In this document: piece after piece, positions 13,531-27,250 of the stretch
How the letters are laid out: each line of letters begins with the position of its first letter
Numbering within the stretch: position 1 is the first letter of the stretch
Assembly (NCBI GenBank): GCA_951406725.2
Contig: OX597820.1
Location: 95,108,001-95,172,000 of the forward strand
DNA from: Octopus vulgaris
Lineage: Eukaryota
DNA: 64,000 nucleotides
Direction: 5' to 3'
Program-made: the position numbers and the translations under genes
Notes under the pieces: generated by a model
Seen by the model: the letters and a program-made list of their open reading frames with translations, nothing else
What the model was told of the DNA's origin: nothing
Database searches by the model: none

Positions 13531-14265
13531 ATCATGTAGATTTCGAACATACAAAACTTTTAGGGAAAAGTGTTTTAGGAGGAGTGGGTGGGGAATTTCA
13601 GAAAATTCACCAGGCGTCCACTTCAATTCGTCTTAACTTTCAAGAAAATAGATATTTTTTAAAGAAATTTTCTACAAATATACCTCGGACTATATAGATT
13701 CCGAGAACATGGGAATTTTGGAAGAAAACAATTGGGGTTACTTTTGAGGACCGTTCCCCACTCGGGGGTGTTTCGGAACAAGTCATGATTAATTGTTTCA
13801 ATCCTGCACTTTGTGCATTTGTGCATCCATAGATTTCTACTGAAGCCGCAAACAATTAAGCTGTCACCAGAAAACTCGTTATGCTAAAAATACCAGCTAA
13901 AGGTCTAAACTGAATAGAATAATTCCCCGTTTGAACTTTTTTAATTACATACATATATGAGTGAAGACTAGAAATCTACGGATGCACAAACGCACAAAAC
14001 GGAGAAAATGAAACAAATATGGACAACTTGTTCCGAAACACCCCCGAGTGGGGAACGGTCCTCAAAAGTAACCCTATTGTTTTCCCCCAAAATTCCTATG
14101 TTCTCGGAATCTACATAATCCAAGGAATATTTGTAGAAAATTTCATTAAAAAATATCTATTTAAGACAAATTGAGGTAGGACGCCGGTGAATTTTCCGAA
14201 ATTCCCCACCCACCCCTCCTAAACACTTACCCCCAAAAGTTTTGTATATTCGGAATTTACATGAT
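13531..14265. mobile_element. Foldback/MITE-like long inverted repeat (arms ~300 bp, spacer ~130 bp)
   Basis: 13531-13839 is the reverse complement of 13969-14265, e.g. gttacttttgaggaccgttccccactcgggggtgtttcggaacaagt versus its mirror. The right arm is cut by a LINE fragment. Confidence 0.85.
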
Positions 14266-14490
14266 GGGCCAGTGGGTTTCCCTGACTTCATATCCTTAAT
14301 TGCTTTATCTACCATGGTGCTATCGATTCGGGTAGCTGGTCCCTTTACTAGATCAACATTTGGCAGACTCTCCTCTTCCCATTCATTCTCCACATTCAGC
14401 AGCTTTTCCTAATGGTTTCTCCAAGCTTCTTTCTTTGCAGAATCATTAAAAGCAAGTGCACCATCATCCATGCAGACACATTTCTCTCCT
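14263..14490 (-). mobile_element. RTE LINE fragment (linker before the RT domain), inverted relative to the adjacent copy
   Basis: EKLLNVENEWEEESLPNVD..GPATRID....DKAIKDMKSGKPTGPS; homologous to 63220-63450. Confidence 0.85.
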
Positions 14491-14502
14491 AACCCTAACC
14501 CT

Positions 14503-15771
14503 CTGAAAATCTGCAGAGAACAACTTCCGTCACTTTCCAGGGAGAAAAACTAGAAGTAGTTGATAGCTTCCATTACCTAGGTGACCAAGTCAGTAGCAGG
14601 GGCAGGTGTGCTGAAAGTGTAATTGCTAGAGTAAGAATAGCCTGGGCAAAGTTCAGAGAGCTCTTACCTCTGCTAGTGACAAAAGGCTTCTCGCTCAGAG
14701 TAAAAGGCAGACTGTATGACGCATGTGTACGAACAGCCATGCTACATGGCAGTGAAACATGGGCCGTGACTGCTGAGGATATGCATAAGCTCGCAAGAAA
14801 TGAAGCCAGTATGCTCCGATGGATGTGTAATGTAAGTGTTCATACTTGACAGAGTGTAAGTACCTTGAGAGAAAAGCTGGACCTAAGAAGCATCAGATGT
14901 GGTGTGCAAGAGAGACGTTTGCGCTGGTATGGACATGTGGCAAGAATGGATGAAGATAGTTGTGTGAAAAAGTGCCACACCCTAGCGGTTGAGGGAACCT
15001 GTGGAAGAGGCAGACTCAGGAAAACCTGGGACGAGGTGGTGAAGCACGACCTTCGAACATTAGGCCTCACCAAGGCAATGACTAGTGACCGAGACCTTTG
15101 GAAATATGCTGCGCATGAGAAGACCCGGCAGGACAAGTGAGACCATCCCGTGGCCTTTGCCAGGGATGTAGCCAGCCCACTTATGCATGCCTTTCCTTCT
15201 TTGGACACGCGAAGACCTGTTAAAGCAAGTGAAGTCGAAATTAAATTCGAAATCGGACTTCATCTGACGACTGGCACCCATGCCAACCTCCCTTCATTGG
15301 ACACTAAACTCTGCTTGCGAAGACCTGTTGGGGCAAGTGAAATCGGAATCGAAAATGAACCAATCCTATGACTGGCACCTGGCAGTTGCCAGTGCCGCTG
15401 GATTGAGTCCTGTGCAGGTGGCAAGTAAAAAAACACTGTTTCGACCCTGTGCTTGAGGAGACCTATTGAGTCAAATACATCAACATCAAAAATCAATGGA
15501 AATTGTAGTTGTGATCCCTGTACTGGTGGCACGTAAAAAGCACCATCCGAATGTGGCCGATGCCAGCGCCGCCTGGCACCTGTGCCGGTGGCATGTAAAA
15601 AGCACCCACTACACTCACAGAGTGGTTGGTATTAGGAAGGGCATCCAGCTGTAGAAACACTGCCAGATCAGACTGGAGCCTGGTGCAGCCTTCTGGCTTC
15701 CCAGACCCTGGTTGAACCATCCAACCCATGCTAGCATGGAAAACAGACGTTAAACGATGATGATGATGATT
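14503..15771 (+). mobile_element. 5'-truncated RTE LINE (C-terminal ORF plus 3'UTR)
   Basis: LEVVDSFHYLG, MLHGSETWAVT, RRLRWYGHVARMDED, RGRLRKTW; (GAT)n tail. Confidence 0.92.
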
Positions 15772-17844
15772 GTTCTCTAGTTCTTTAAATGGACAGAAAG
15801 CTTTTATGATCTCAAACTGGGGTCTGTTCTTCCAAATGCTCAGCACTAACTAAATAAATAACTGACCTAGTGTACTGTATTTTTATAATTGTTGTTTGGC
15901 AAATGAGTCATGAACAGAAGGGTCAACAGGACACATTTAACACAAATAAATGAACTTTTGTTACTTTGCCAGAAAGAACACAAGAGTTGAGAATACAAAT
16001 TGACGAATTTGCAGGGATGCATAGTCAGTCATCTAGAAGTTCAGGTTTCATACTGTACATTGTTGAACAACAGTTATCTAAACAAAGACAAAGGTGACAA
16101 CTCTAACCCTTTGGTGTTTAAGCCGGCCATATCCGGCCCAAATATCCTACGTGTTTTACATTCAAACTCGCCATATCTAGCCTCTCACACCTAACCTACA
16201 TTGACATTCTAAGAATAAACTATCACAGCATTGAAACTTCAAAGCTGTAAGATAATGTATGATTAATTGAAAATAATTTGATTGAAAAAAGTGAAAAAAG
16301 TATTGCATTTAACAGAGTAATCTGAAAAACTAAAGGGCTAAAACTCTTTTTTGAATTAAGATGATGCACTAGGGAACTAATTGATTAAAATCAGAAATAT
16401 TGATCTTTTGCAGATACACTAACAACTCAGGACATTTTGGTCATAGAGATTTTCAACAAAGCATAATAATTTAAGATTGGATATGGAAGCTGTATGTGCA
16501 CATATATGTTTGTATAGAAAATGAAAATAAGGATTAGTGAGAGGTAAGAGAAGGGAGTGTGAAGGGTAGCTCGACAAGAGGAGTTAGAAATAGCTTTAAG
16601 GAAGTGCAAATATCATCATCTCATTAACCTTCTTTCTTGCGGGAGAGGAAGAGTAGTAACAAGATGATGACACATGGAGCAAATGATACACTTTATTATA
16701 TGACTAAATGGCATCATGTGACAAAACACAAAAGAACAATACTGTTGTTATTATTTATCCCCAGGTCCATTCTGGTTGAGTAAAATTTTGATTAAAGGCA
16801 TTTTCCATCTATGACAATCATATTCTGTTTTGTATATCCGGAACCACGTAACCCCTTTTACCCATTTATACCAAACATAAAGAAGAATTTAACTCTAATG
16901 GCTAGACTAATCTACATCCTCTGCTTAACAAACTGTGAAATGTGTCAAGGAAGTCTTCTTTATTTTCCTATGTACAAAAAAAAAAAATGTATTTACACCA
17001 GTTTAAGAATTCCCAGTAAAAGGCTTTAAAAACTGTAGTTTAACTACTTTGAAATTATTGTGTGCTCTCAAATACTCAGTGTGTTGTGCATAACTATTTA
17101 TTATTTACATAGGCGTAGGAGTGGCTGTGTGGTAAGTAGCTTGCTTACCAACAACATGGTTCTGGGTTCAATCCCACTGCGTGGCACCTACTATAGCCTC
17201 GGGCCGACCAAAGCCTTGTGAGTGGATTTGGTAGATGGAAACTGAAAGAAGCCCATCCTAGATATATATATATATATATATATATGTATATGTATGTATG
17301 TTTGTGTATATATTTATGAATCTGTGTTTGTCCCCCCAACATCGCTTGACAACCGATGCTGGTGTGTTTACGTCCTCATATCTTAGCGTTTCAGCAAAAG
17401 AGACCGATAGAATAAATACTAGGCTTACAAGGAATAAGTCCTGGGATTGATTTGCTTGACTAAAGGCAATGCTCCAGCATGGCCACAGTCAAATGACTGA
17501 AACAAGTAAAAGAGTATGTATATATAAATAAACTTTATCTGCTTTGTGTACTTTGTATATTTGAACATAATTCAGTATATAATTACATACTGATTAACTA
17601 CATAATTCAGTTAATTACTTAATTTTTCATAATGCCAAAGAACTTAGTATCAAATATATATAAAATTAACCAAATACAAATTAAAATAAACTTCAGTTAA
17701 TTGCATAAAATTCCCCCCCCAAGCTTAAAGTTCAAAAATTGGTGTAATGTAGCATTAAATGAATGTTTATTTGATTTGGTATGAATTAAGTGAGTCTAAT
17801 TCAAAGAAATGGTTGAAATAACTTTTTTGAGAGAATGTGAGTAG

Positions 17845-17894
<50 letters not shown>

Positions 17895-19214
17895 TCTTTA
17901 CTCTCTTTTATTCTATTGCTTGTTTCAGTCATTTGATTGTGGCCATGCTGGAGCACCGCCTTTAATCGAACAAATCGACCCCAGGACTTATTCATTGTAA
18001 GCCTAGTACTTATTCTATCGGTCTCTTTTGCCAAAACACTAAGTTACAGGGATGTAAACACACCAGCATCGGTTGTCAAGCGATGTTGGGGGGACAAACA
18101 CAGACACACAAACATATACACACATACATACGTATATATACATATATACTACGGGCTTCTTTCAGTTTCTGTCTACCAAATCCACTCAAAAGGCTTTGGT
18201 CAGCCCGAGGCTATAGTAGAAGACACTCGCCCAAGGTGCCACGCAGTGGGACTGAACCTGGAACCATGTGGTTTGTAAGCAAGCTACTTACCACACAGCC
18301 ACTCCTACGCCTATTAAGGTGGCCATTGAAGCATCATGATGGTGATGATGAGAATCTTCTGTATCCATGAATAAGCTAAAATGGTAATAGTCAGCACTTC
18401 ATATTTACAAACAACTAATTTATATAATTAAATGCTTTCAAGTTATTTCAACTATTTCTATGAATTAACTCTTTAGCACTTAAACTTGCCATAACTGACC
18501 GAAATATTCTACTTGTTTTATGTTCAAACCAGCAACATCTGGCCTGTCACACCTACCCAACAATGTTACTCTAAAAATGCACATCATCAATATCCTGTGG
18601 CTATCAAGACAATGCATGATTAATTCCAAACAATGGGAACAGATAAGCATTACATCTGACAGAGTAATCTGTGGGTTAAAGAGTTGAGGAACTGCCAAAG
18701 TATAGAGTCTACTCTCTTACTTGTTTCAGTCACTTGACGGTGGGCATGCTGGAGCACCACCTCTAGTCGAAGAAATCGACCCCAGGACTTATTCTTTGTA
18801 AGCCTGCTACTTATTCTATTGGTCTCTTTTGCTGAACCGCTAAGTTATGGGGACGTAAACACACCAGCATCGGTTGTCAAGCGATGTTGGGGGGACAACC
18901 AAGGGGCATAACTCATAACCTAATCCCATGGTCCTTTATCCTTTCACAGCAGCTGCTGACTGGTTGTGCTAATCTACCTCTGACAATAGAGAGCAGTCAC
19001 CATATTCCCTTCCACATTGGCTAACTCTGATGATTATAAAGTTATATAATCGGATTGTTATGTAACACTCCATTGTACTCTTTACTTGAAACTGATTAGT
19101 AAGATCAGCCGTGATGAATATTTAATGCTAAACATTTCAGATAATATACCCACTCTACTAACAGGTATATGAGTATCTTTTCCCTGACTTATGGTCTCTT
19201 AGACAACTCACACT

Positions 19215-19246
<32 letters not shown>

Positions 19247-20151
19247 GTATGTATGTATGTATGTATGTATGTGTATATATATGTGTATATGTGTGTGTGT
19301 GTGTACACACGCACATACAGATATATACATACATATATAAGTACATTCAAAGCCTCCCTGGACCTCAAGTGGCCTGAACTCTTTACATGAACACCACCCT
19401 GTACTTAACTCCATGTCCCCCTACATGGCCTTGCTATTTGCTTTTGAGCCAAATTAACTAACTAACTAACTAACTAACTAGAGATTAAGATGTCCTTATT
19501 AAGGGATAATAATATCCAATGAATTACTGCTTCATTGCCTAGTATTTTTTATGAATAATACTATTCAAAAAATAATAGGTCTAAATATAAATCTTGGTTT
19601 ATAAATATTCAAAAGAAAATTTAGAAAATGGAGATATAGAATCAATATAATTTATTATCTGCAAAAATCCAACATATTCTCTTGTAGCTGATTCAATTTA
19701 GACTAAAAGATTAAATTACTATAATTAAATCATCATATTAGGCAAAATCTCATCAGAGGGGTAAAAAAGATATACTGTTAGATTATTAGGTATTGTATTG
19801 TCAAATCCTCTCTGCTGAGATGATCTGAAAACACATAATAATATAGACACATAATAAACATGATTATATATTCTGAGTATTCCCAGGGATCATAATGTAA
19901 TCTTTGTAATATCCTTTTGTGCACCCTGATGATTTTCCATCTCAGGATTTTAAAATGCAAGATTATATATGTTTTGTAGCTTTAATTTTAGTTGCAAAAT
20001 GAAACAATTGTAGGTGAATATGTTAGGCAATTGATAAATTAATTTCTATCCATTAGATCTCTCTGTTTTGAAACTTCATTATACATATATATATATGTTT
20101 CATTTTGGCATTTGGTTTGCAAAATTCTTTATGTGTGTTCGTATGTTGAAG

Positions 20152-20321
20152 TATATTCTGTTCTGTCTAGGGAGAGTCATTCTCTTTTAGAGCCTTATAA
20201 TTTAACACACTCCGATAAAATTTCCACTCAAAAAATAAAGAAAGAAATGAGTGGAAATTTTACTGGTGAGTGTGTTAAATCATAAGGCATTAAAAGAGAA
20301 TGACTCTCCCCAGATACAACA

Positions 20322-20328
<7 letters not shown>
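20152..20328. repeat. Hairpin inverted repeat (~79-bp arms, 17-nt loop) between TA tracts
   Basis: 20152-20230 is the reverse complement of 20248-20328 with few mismatches. Confidence 0.85.
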
Positions 20329-20360
<32 letters not shown>

Positions 20361-20363
<3 letters not shown>

Positions 20364-21290
20364 GGGTTGAACAAACTAATGGAAATACCTTAAATTTTCA
20401 AACAAATTTATTCTAATGTGGAGTAGGACTGCCTTTGGCAGTAATTACAGCTTCAATTCTACAAGATATGAACTCATACAAAGTTTGAATTGTTTCCAAA
20501 GGAATTTTTGTCCATTCTTCAGCTAAAACAGTCTCCAGTTCTTGTAGTGATGATGGTGGATGATATCAACTCCTTACTTGCTTTTCTAAAATGCACCATA
20601 AATGTTTAATAATATTGAGATCTGGGGACTGTGGTCACCAGATAAGATGTTCAACTTCACTAGAATGTTCCTCGTGCCATTCAGTAACAACTTTAGCAGT
20701 GTGAATTGGCGCATTATCATCCTGAAAGATTGCATTTCCCTCCAGAAACAGTTCTGCAACCATAGGATGAATTTGATCAGATAAAATGCTTAAATAGTTT
20801 TGACTATTAATTCTGCCATGAAGGGAAACCATTGGACTGACGGATTTCCAAGATATAGCCCCTCTCGCCAGGTCATCACAGATCCTCCTCCATGTTTAAC
20901 AGTTGGAAGAAGGCAGTCTGAGTCAAATGCTTCTTTTGGCTGTCTCCACACATATACTTGGCCGGTGGTTGAAAATAAGGTAAAGGATGACTTGTCTGAG
21001 AAAATAACATTCTTCCACTGCTCTAGGGACCAATTCTGTAAGTTTTTACTCAACTCTAAACACTTTGCAACGTTTATTTTTGAAAGTAGTGGTTTTCTGA
21101 TTGCAGCCCTATTTACTGAATTATTTACAAGAAAAGACAACTTTTTCTCATGGTTAAATTTATTTCAAGGCTGATAACTGATATTTGTTTAGATTTATAA
21201 ATTGTTGCAGATGGTAGAACTCTATCTTTGCTGATGTTTTTTACTCCTATCCAATTTAATTGAATGGGTCATGAGATAGACTATTTTCAG
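20361..21290 (-). mobile_element. Decayed Tc1 (DD34E-type) transposon
   Basis: WKNVIFSDKSSF, TVKHGGGSVM, FQDDNAPIH and SPDLNII motifs; CAGGGGTTG TIR next to (TA)n. Confidence 0.88.
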
Positions 21291-22699
21291 TTTTTCTGGG
21301 TTTTTTTTGGTTTTTTTAATGAAAGTAAAAACTTAAATTCTTGCCTCGCCACAAGTTATTCTGTAATACTTTAAACCCTTAGCATTAAAACTGGGTAGAT
21401 CTGTCATTGTAAAAATAAAACATATCTATCACATTTTATTTTATTTTACCCTACTCTATTTTTTAACTGACTTTTACACATGTTAGTTCCCTGACATTTG
21501 GACCCTCTGAAGTACCCTAGGGGCACATCCATTATCCAAACACTGTCTAATCTCTGTTCATCCCTGTATATCACTGACAGGAGGAAGATAACTTGGAAGT
21601 TTTTGTTGCCTCATGGTAGAAACGGCTGTAAGGAATTAGTACCTGTATACTCATCAATTATTATTCATTTGTTTATATATGTGTGTGTGTGTGTGTGTAT
21701 GTGTATATATCATCATCATTTAACGTCCGCTTTCCATGCTAGCATGGGTTGGACGATTTGACTGAGGACTAGCGAACCAGAGGGCTGCACCAGGCTCCAA
21801 TCTTGATCTGGCAGAGTTTCTACAGCTGGATGCTCTTCCTAATGCCAACTACTCCGAGAGTGTAGTGGGTGCTTTTATGTGCCACCGGCACAAGGGCCAG
21901 TCAGTCGGTACTGGCAACGGCCACACTCAAAAAGTGTTTTTTACATGCCACTTGCATAGGAGCCAGTCCAGTGGCACTGGCAATGACCTCGCTCGAATGT
22001 TTTTTCATGTACCACTGACACAAGTGCCAGTAAGGTGATGCTGGTAACAATCATGCTTGAATGGTGCTTATATGTTCAACTAAACTTTTCAAGGTGGTGC
22101 CCCAACATGGCCATACTCCAATGACTGAAACTAGTAAAAGATAAAAGCTACAACCACCAATTTAGTACATCACATATCCTCTCTGTTATATAGAGTATAC
22201 AATTTATCATTAACATCTAATAGGCAGCTGAAAGAAGCATACAATTTGGAGAATAAGCCACAATAAAAAGATCATATGACTCTCTAAAAGGTTAAAAGAG
22301 TTTATCTGTCAGCATGTGCTTTTGGACTAAGTTGTGCATTATAAAAGTTGTTAAAATAAAAACTGCAAAGATGTGAGATAATGCAGGATTTATCCAAAGC
22401 TGTGTGGAATAAATAAGCATTAGATTAGATAAAGTAATCTGAATGTTGAAGGGTTAAATAGCAAAAGTCAGTCTTGTGGTTTGAAAGATTAATATGATTA
22501 GCATCCTAGCATTGTCAATCATCATCATCATTTAACGTCTGCTTTCCATGCTAGCATGGGTTGGACGGTTCAACTGGGGTCTGGGAAGCCCGAAGGCTGC
22601 ACCAGGCCCAGTCAGATCTGGCAGTGTTTCTAAAGCTGGATGCCCTTCCTAAAAGCAGTTTTCCACAACTTAGTTGTGCATTATAAAAGGAGTTGGCAG

Positions 22700-24850
22700 A
22701 AATAACTTAGATTAAACCCATTAGGAGAAGTTTAATACATGAGTATATTAATGAAAGAAATTTGGGTGAAGCCAAAATTCCATGCTAATATTAGTTACTT
22801 CTTGACCGAAACCTGATCTGACAACAAACTATGGGCAAGAAATGAGACACCTAATTTATTTGATATCACAATGGGCCAGATTCAGTGGAAGTAACTGACT
22901 TAGTGGGAATCTGCCATTTAGACAACATAAACAAGGAATTCCCAGAATGAAGAGGCAGTCTGTATAGGGATGACACACTCTTTATAGTTAGTAATCACTC
23001 GAATAGACGCCTAGAATTATTAAAGAAACAGCTACACAAGTTCTTCAGTAGATTTGGCCTCTCTATTACTATAGAAAGCGAAAATTACTCAATTAACTTA
23101 GACGTGAACTGTAACTTGAACACCAGACTGCATGAACTGTATATGAAACAGAACTCCAACTTAAGGTATATAAATAATTTCAGTAACTATCACCAACAAA
23201 TAAAAAGAGCCCTTTTAAGAAATATTAGCAAAAGAATCTCAAATCTGTCCTGAAATGAAGAAATTTTTGACAAGCACAAGGATAAGTATAATACAGTACT
23301 AAAAAAATGCAGAGTATAACTCTTTTACTCTTTTACTTGTTTCAGTCATGTGACTGTGGCCATGCTGGAGCACCGCCTTTAATCGAGCAACTCGACTCTG
23401 GGACTTATTCTTTTGTAAGCCCAGTACTTATTCTATCAGTCTCTTTTTGCCGAACCACTAAGTAACGGGGACGTAAACACACCAGCAACGGTTGTCAAGC
23501 AATGCTAGGGGGACAAACACACACACATACACATACATACATTATATATATATATATATATATACGACGGGCTTCTTTTCAGTTTCCGTCTACCAAATCC
23601 ACTCACAAGGCTTTGGTCGGCCGAGGTGCCACGCAGTAGGACTGAACCCGGAACCATGTGGTTGGTTAGCAAGCTACTTACCACACAGCCACTCCTGCAA
23701 AATTAAGTACTTTCTCTGTAATAATAATAATAATAATAATGAGAATAATATGAATACCTAAGATGCAAATAATAATAGAAATAATAATGGAATAAAAAAC
23801 AAATTTATAAATTCTAGTAGCAAACACAGATGTAAGAATGAAGGAATGAATAACATAAAAATTCCTAAACAGGCACATGTCATCAGCCCCATAAATTGTG
23901 ATAACAATAGTGACACTAATGATAGGCATAACAACAATATTATTATTAACAATAAAATGAATGGCCCTGATAATAACAATAGACCTATGAGCAATAACCC
24001 CAATCATGCAAATAAAGGAAAATGATACTGTCTGGCTAATACTACTATATGCTATGCAAATTAAAAATAACTTAGTAAGAACAATATTTAAATTAATTAA
24101 CAAATATTTTATAAAAGGAAAAAATAAATACTGGGAAATCATTAATAGTAAAACAGTAAGGTTAGGATATAATCTGATGCATAACCTGGCCACTATCATC
24201 TCCTCCATGAATGATAAAAAATTGACACCTTCTACTTAAATAGGATAGATAATAGTAGTAATACACACACTAATAATAACAACAATCATAATAATAGTAA
24301 TAATAATAATAATAACAACAACAACAACAATAATAATATTAACACCAGTCATAGCAATTGTAATGATACCACACCTAATGACACTCCAATATACATACTA
24401 ACTGTACTAGTTTAGCCCCCCGCACAATAGTACAGACCTTGTGATTGCAGAATTAGCATTAATTGTGTATTTAGTAATAATTGCAATAGAAAAGAAATAG
24501 TTTACCAATGTGTAGTGAACACTCAATCGAGTAATAAGGTATATGTGGGGACCAAGCAGAACCATATGAAACATAAGTAAATTACCATAAGTAAACCTTC
24601 AGAAAAAGGAATAGGAGGAACTCAACAGGATTAAGTAACTATATATGGGACCTCAAGGATAGGAATATTAGCAATGATCTACATTGGAAAATCCTAGCCT
24701 CAGCACCTGGGTATAATGTTAAGAATAAGAAATGCATGTTATGTGAAAGTGAAATCTTCTTCATGCTTAAGGCCAATCCTCCTCTTCTTAACTCTTTGTT
24801 TGCATTCATAAGGCTAAACACACTTTCTCTAAATACCATTAATATCATTA
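22700..24850 (+). mobile_element. Decayed Penelope-like retroelement (Neptune-type RT, Asn-rich linker, GIY-YIG), interrupted by a SINE at 23318-23697
   Basis: FDITMG..VTDLVG, LYRDD, RNISKRISNLS; linker INSKTVRLGYNLMHNLATIISS; C.C...C..VYQC..VYVG, TGLSNYIWDLK, WKIL and CMLCESE. Confidence 0.85.
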
Positions 24851-25933
24851 ATATCAATTATTACTAGTGCTAGTACCCCTCTCAATAACAATAACAATAA
24901 TATTTTCCCTAATATAAACACTAAATATTGATTACTATCTTTTCCTAATGTTATTCATTATGTTTGTTCTTCCTCTCCTAATATTTGTACTTAAAAACAC
25001 TTTGTGTGTACACATATATGTATATATGTGTGTGTGTGTGTATGTTTGCGTGTCTGTGTTTGTGGTGTGTTTACGCCCCATAACTTGGCGGTTCGGCAAA
25101 AAAGACCGATAGAATAAGTACTAGACTTCCAAAGAATAAGTCCTGGGTGTCGATTATATATATATATATATTTACATATATACTACGGTCTTCTTTCAGT
25201 TTCTGTCTACCAAATCCACTCACAAGGCTTTGATCGGCTGGAGGTTATAGTAGAAGACACTTGCCGAAGGTGCGACGCCGTGGGAATGGACCCGGAACCA
25301 TGTGGTTGGTAAGCAAGCTACTTACCACACAGCCACTCCAGCGCCTACTTATACCCAGAATCGTTTATAATCTCAACCTTATTTCTAATGTCTGAATGTC
25401 TTACACCCTAAAATTAACTGAAATACATAGTTACCTCCCTTCAACCATAGTCTACAAGCCTAAAAAACCTATTTTAACCCAAATACGTACACTTTAGAAC
25501 TTGTACTTTCGGACTTTGCTAATAAACTTGTCATTATTACTCAGACCTACCCACAACGTAATAACGCTCGATAAATACTATTCTGGCATATGTTTTAGCG
25601 TGGCATCTCACTAATGATAATATAATATCAGGATATTTAACTAAGATGGAACCTATTGACGGCTGTTTATCCTTTGTTTACCCTTCAACTAAATGCTTCT
25701 TTATTTCTCCCTTAAAGAAAACTACTCGTTAATTAGATATGTATCTCAGATATATTTAAATAAAACACTATTCACATATCTGTAAGTACTTTCCTTGGAT
25801 CTCTTCCTTTTGAACGGCAGTTTGTAACTTAATTTCTAGGTAACTAAAAAATTTTAAACCTCGTATACTGGTAGAATGTGTTTATAAAACATCATTTTCT
25901 CTTGGCTTTATTGAGAAAATTCTATAGGTTGTA

Positions 25934-25967
<34 letters not shown>

Positions 25968-26576
25968 TTATATATAATAACGAACCATGTAGTTCACACT
26001 CTGAAAATGTTATTTCTGTAAAATATTGGGAGTGGGTAAAATTTCCGAGGTTTCCACCTCACCCCACCCCGCTTTTCGGAACTCCAAAAGGGTTTTGCAG
26101 CATATAAGGTCACAGGAATTCATTCAACCAAAAAAAAAATTTTTTTAATTTCCAATGATTCTGGAAAATCGTGCAGGTATTACTCAAAAAAATTTACCAA
26201 AATAGCAACCAAAGTACCACCCTATCTAAATCACACGCCTATTGTACGTAATATCCTAGATTATCCCTAAAAATACGGCTTGCTGAAGGCTGGAATGGCT
26301 TTGGTGATAGGTTTGCTGTATCAGGGTTGATTTGAGGCTAAATAACAACAAAATTATTACTGAGACAGACCAACGACTGGAGCCTGTATGTAATTGCATA
26401 ATCTAGAAAAAGTGCTGTCTCGTAGCAAATTTATTGAAAGGTGGGTGAATGTCGGTAAAATGGCCAGTATGAATGAACCAATTTTGAGGTTACGTCTGTA
26501 AAATAAGAGAATATAAAAGGAGAAGGGGCTCTCCCCATTTTGGACCAGACTCCCGTGACTTTTATGGGGTTTTCCA

Positions 26577-27250
26577 GGTTAATATAGGGCGTTACGATTA
26601 TCAGAAAATCAAAAAAAAAATGTGTGTAATAGGTGTAAAACAACTTCCTATGAACGAATATGAAAAATTTCCAGAATTTCTTCTCTTTATTTTTTTTTTT
26701 GCGAAATATGATTTTATGATTCATGTGTGAGTGTGTGTTCTTGATACTCGTTTAGAACAAGTAGTTTTACACCAATTACACTATTTTTCTTAGTTTAAAG
26801 GCCGTGGACTGAAGATGTGAAATTTCGAAGCCTCTCCCCCACCCCCTTTCGCGAGCGCGCATTTTTTCATGATAGTCGTTTAGAGCAAGTTGTTTTACAC
26901 CTATTACGCTGTTTTTGTTTTTGTTTTTGTGTCCCGGTTCAGACGCTTTCGGAAATTCCCGATATAAATATTCCGAGGCCTCTCCCCACCCCTCTTTTGC
27001 GAGAGCGCATTTTTTTTGTCATATTCGTTTAGAGCAAGTTGTTTTACACATATTACACTATTTTTTTTGTTTTGGTGCCCGGGTCAGCCCCTCAGACGCT
27101 TTCGGAACTTCCCGATGTGAAATTTTCGAGGCCTCTCCCACGTCTTTCGCGTGCGAGAATTTTTTTCATATTCTTCATAGGAAGTTGTTTTACACCTATT
27201 ACACACATTTTTTTTTGATTTTCTGATAATCGTAACGCCCTATATTAACC
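26577..27250. mobile_element. Intact 674-bp MITE with ~90-bp GG-initiated TIRs and an 8-bp TSD (Merlin-like)
   Basis: GGTTAATATAGGGCGTTACGATTATCAGAAAATC... is mirrored at 27250. TSD GTTTTCCA at 26569-26576 and 27251-27258. Internal ~130-150-bp subrepeats (cgtttagagcaagttgttttacac). Confidence 0.9.

Noticed and set aside
23678-24239. Hydrophobic 176-aa minus-strand ORF as a membrane protein
   Set aside because: It is the antisense of the AAT-rich Penelope linker.
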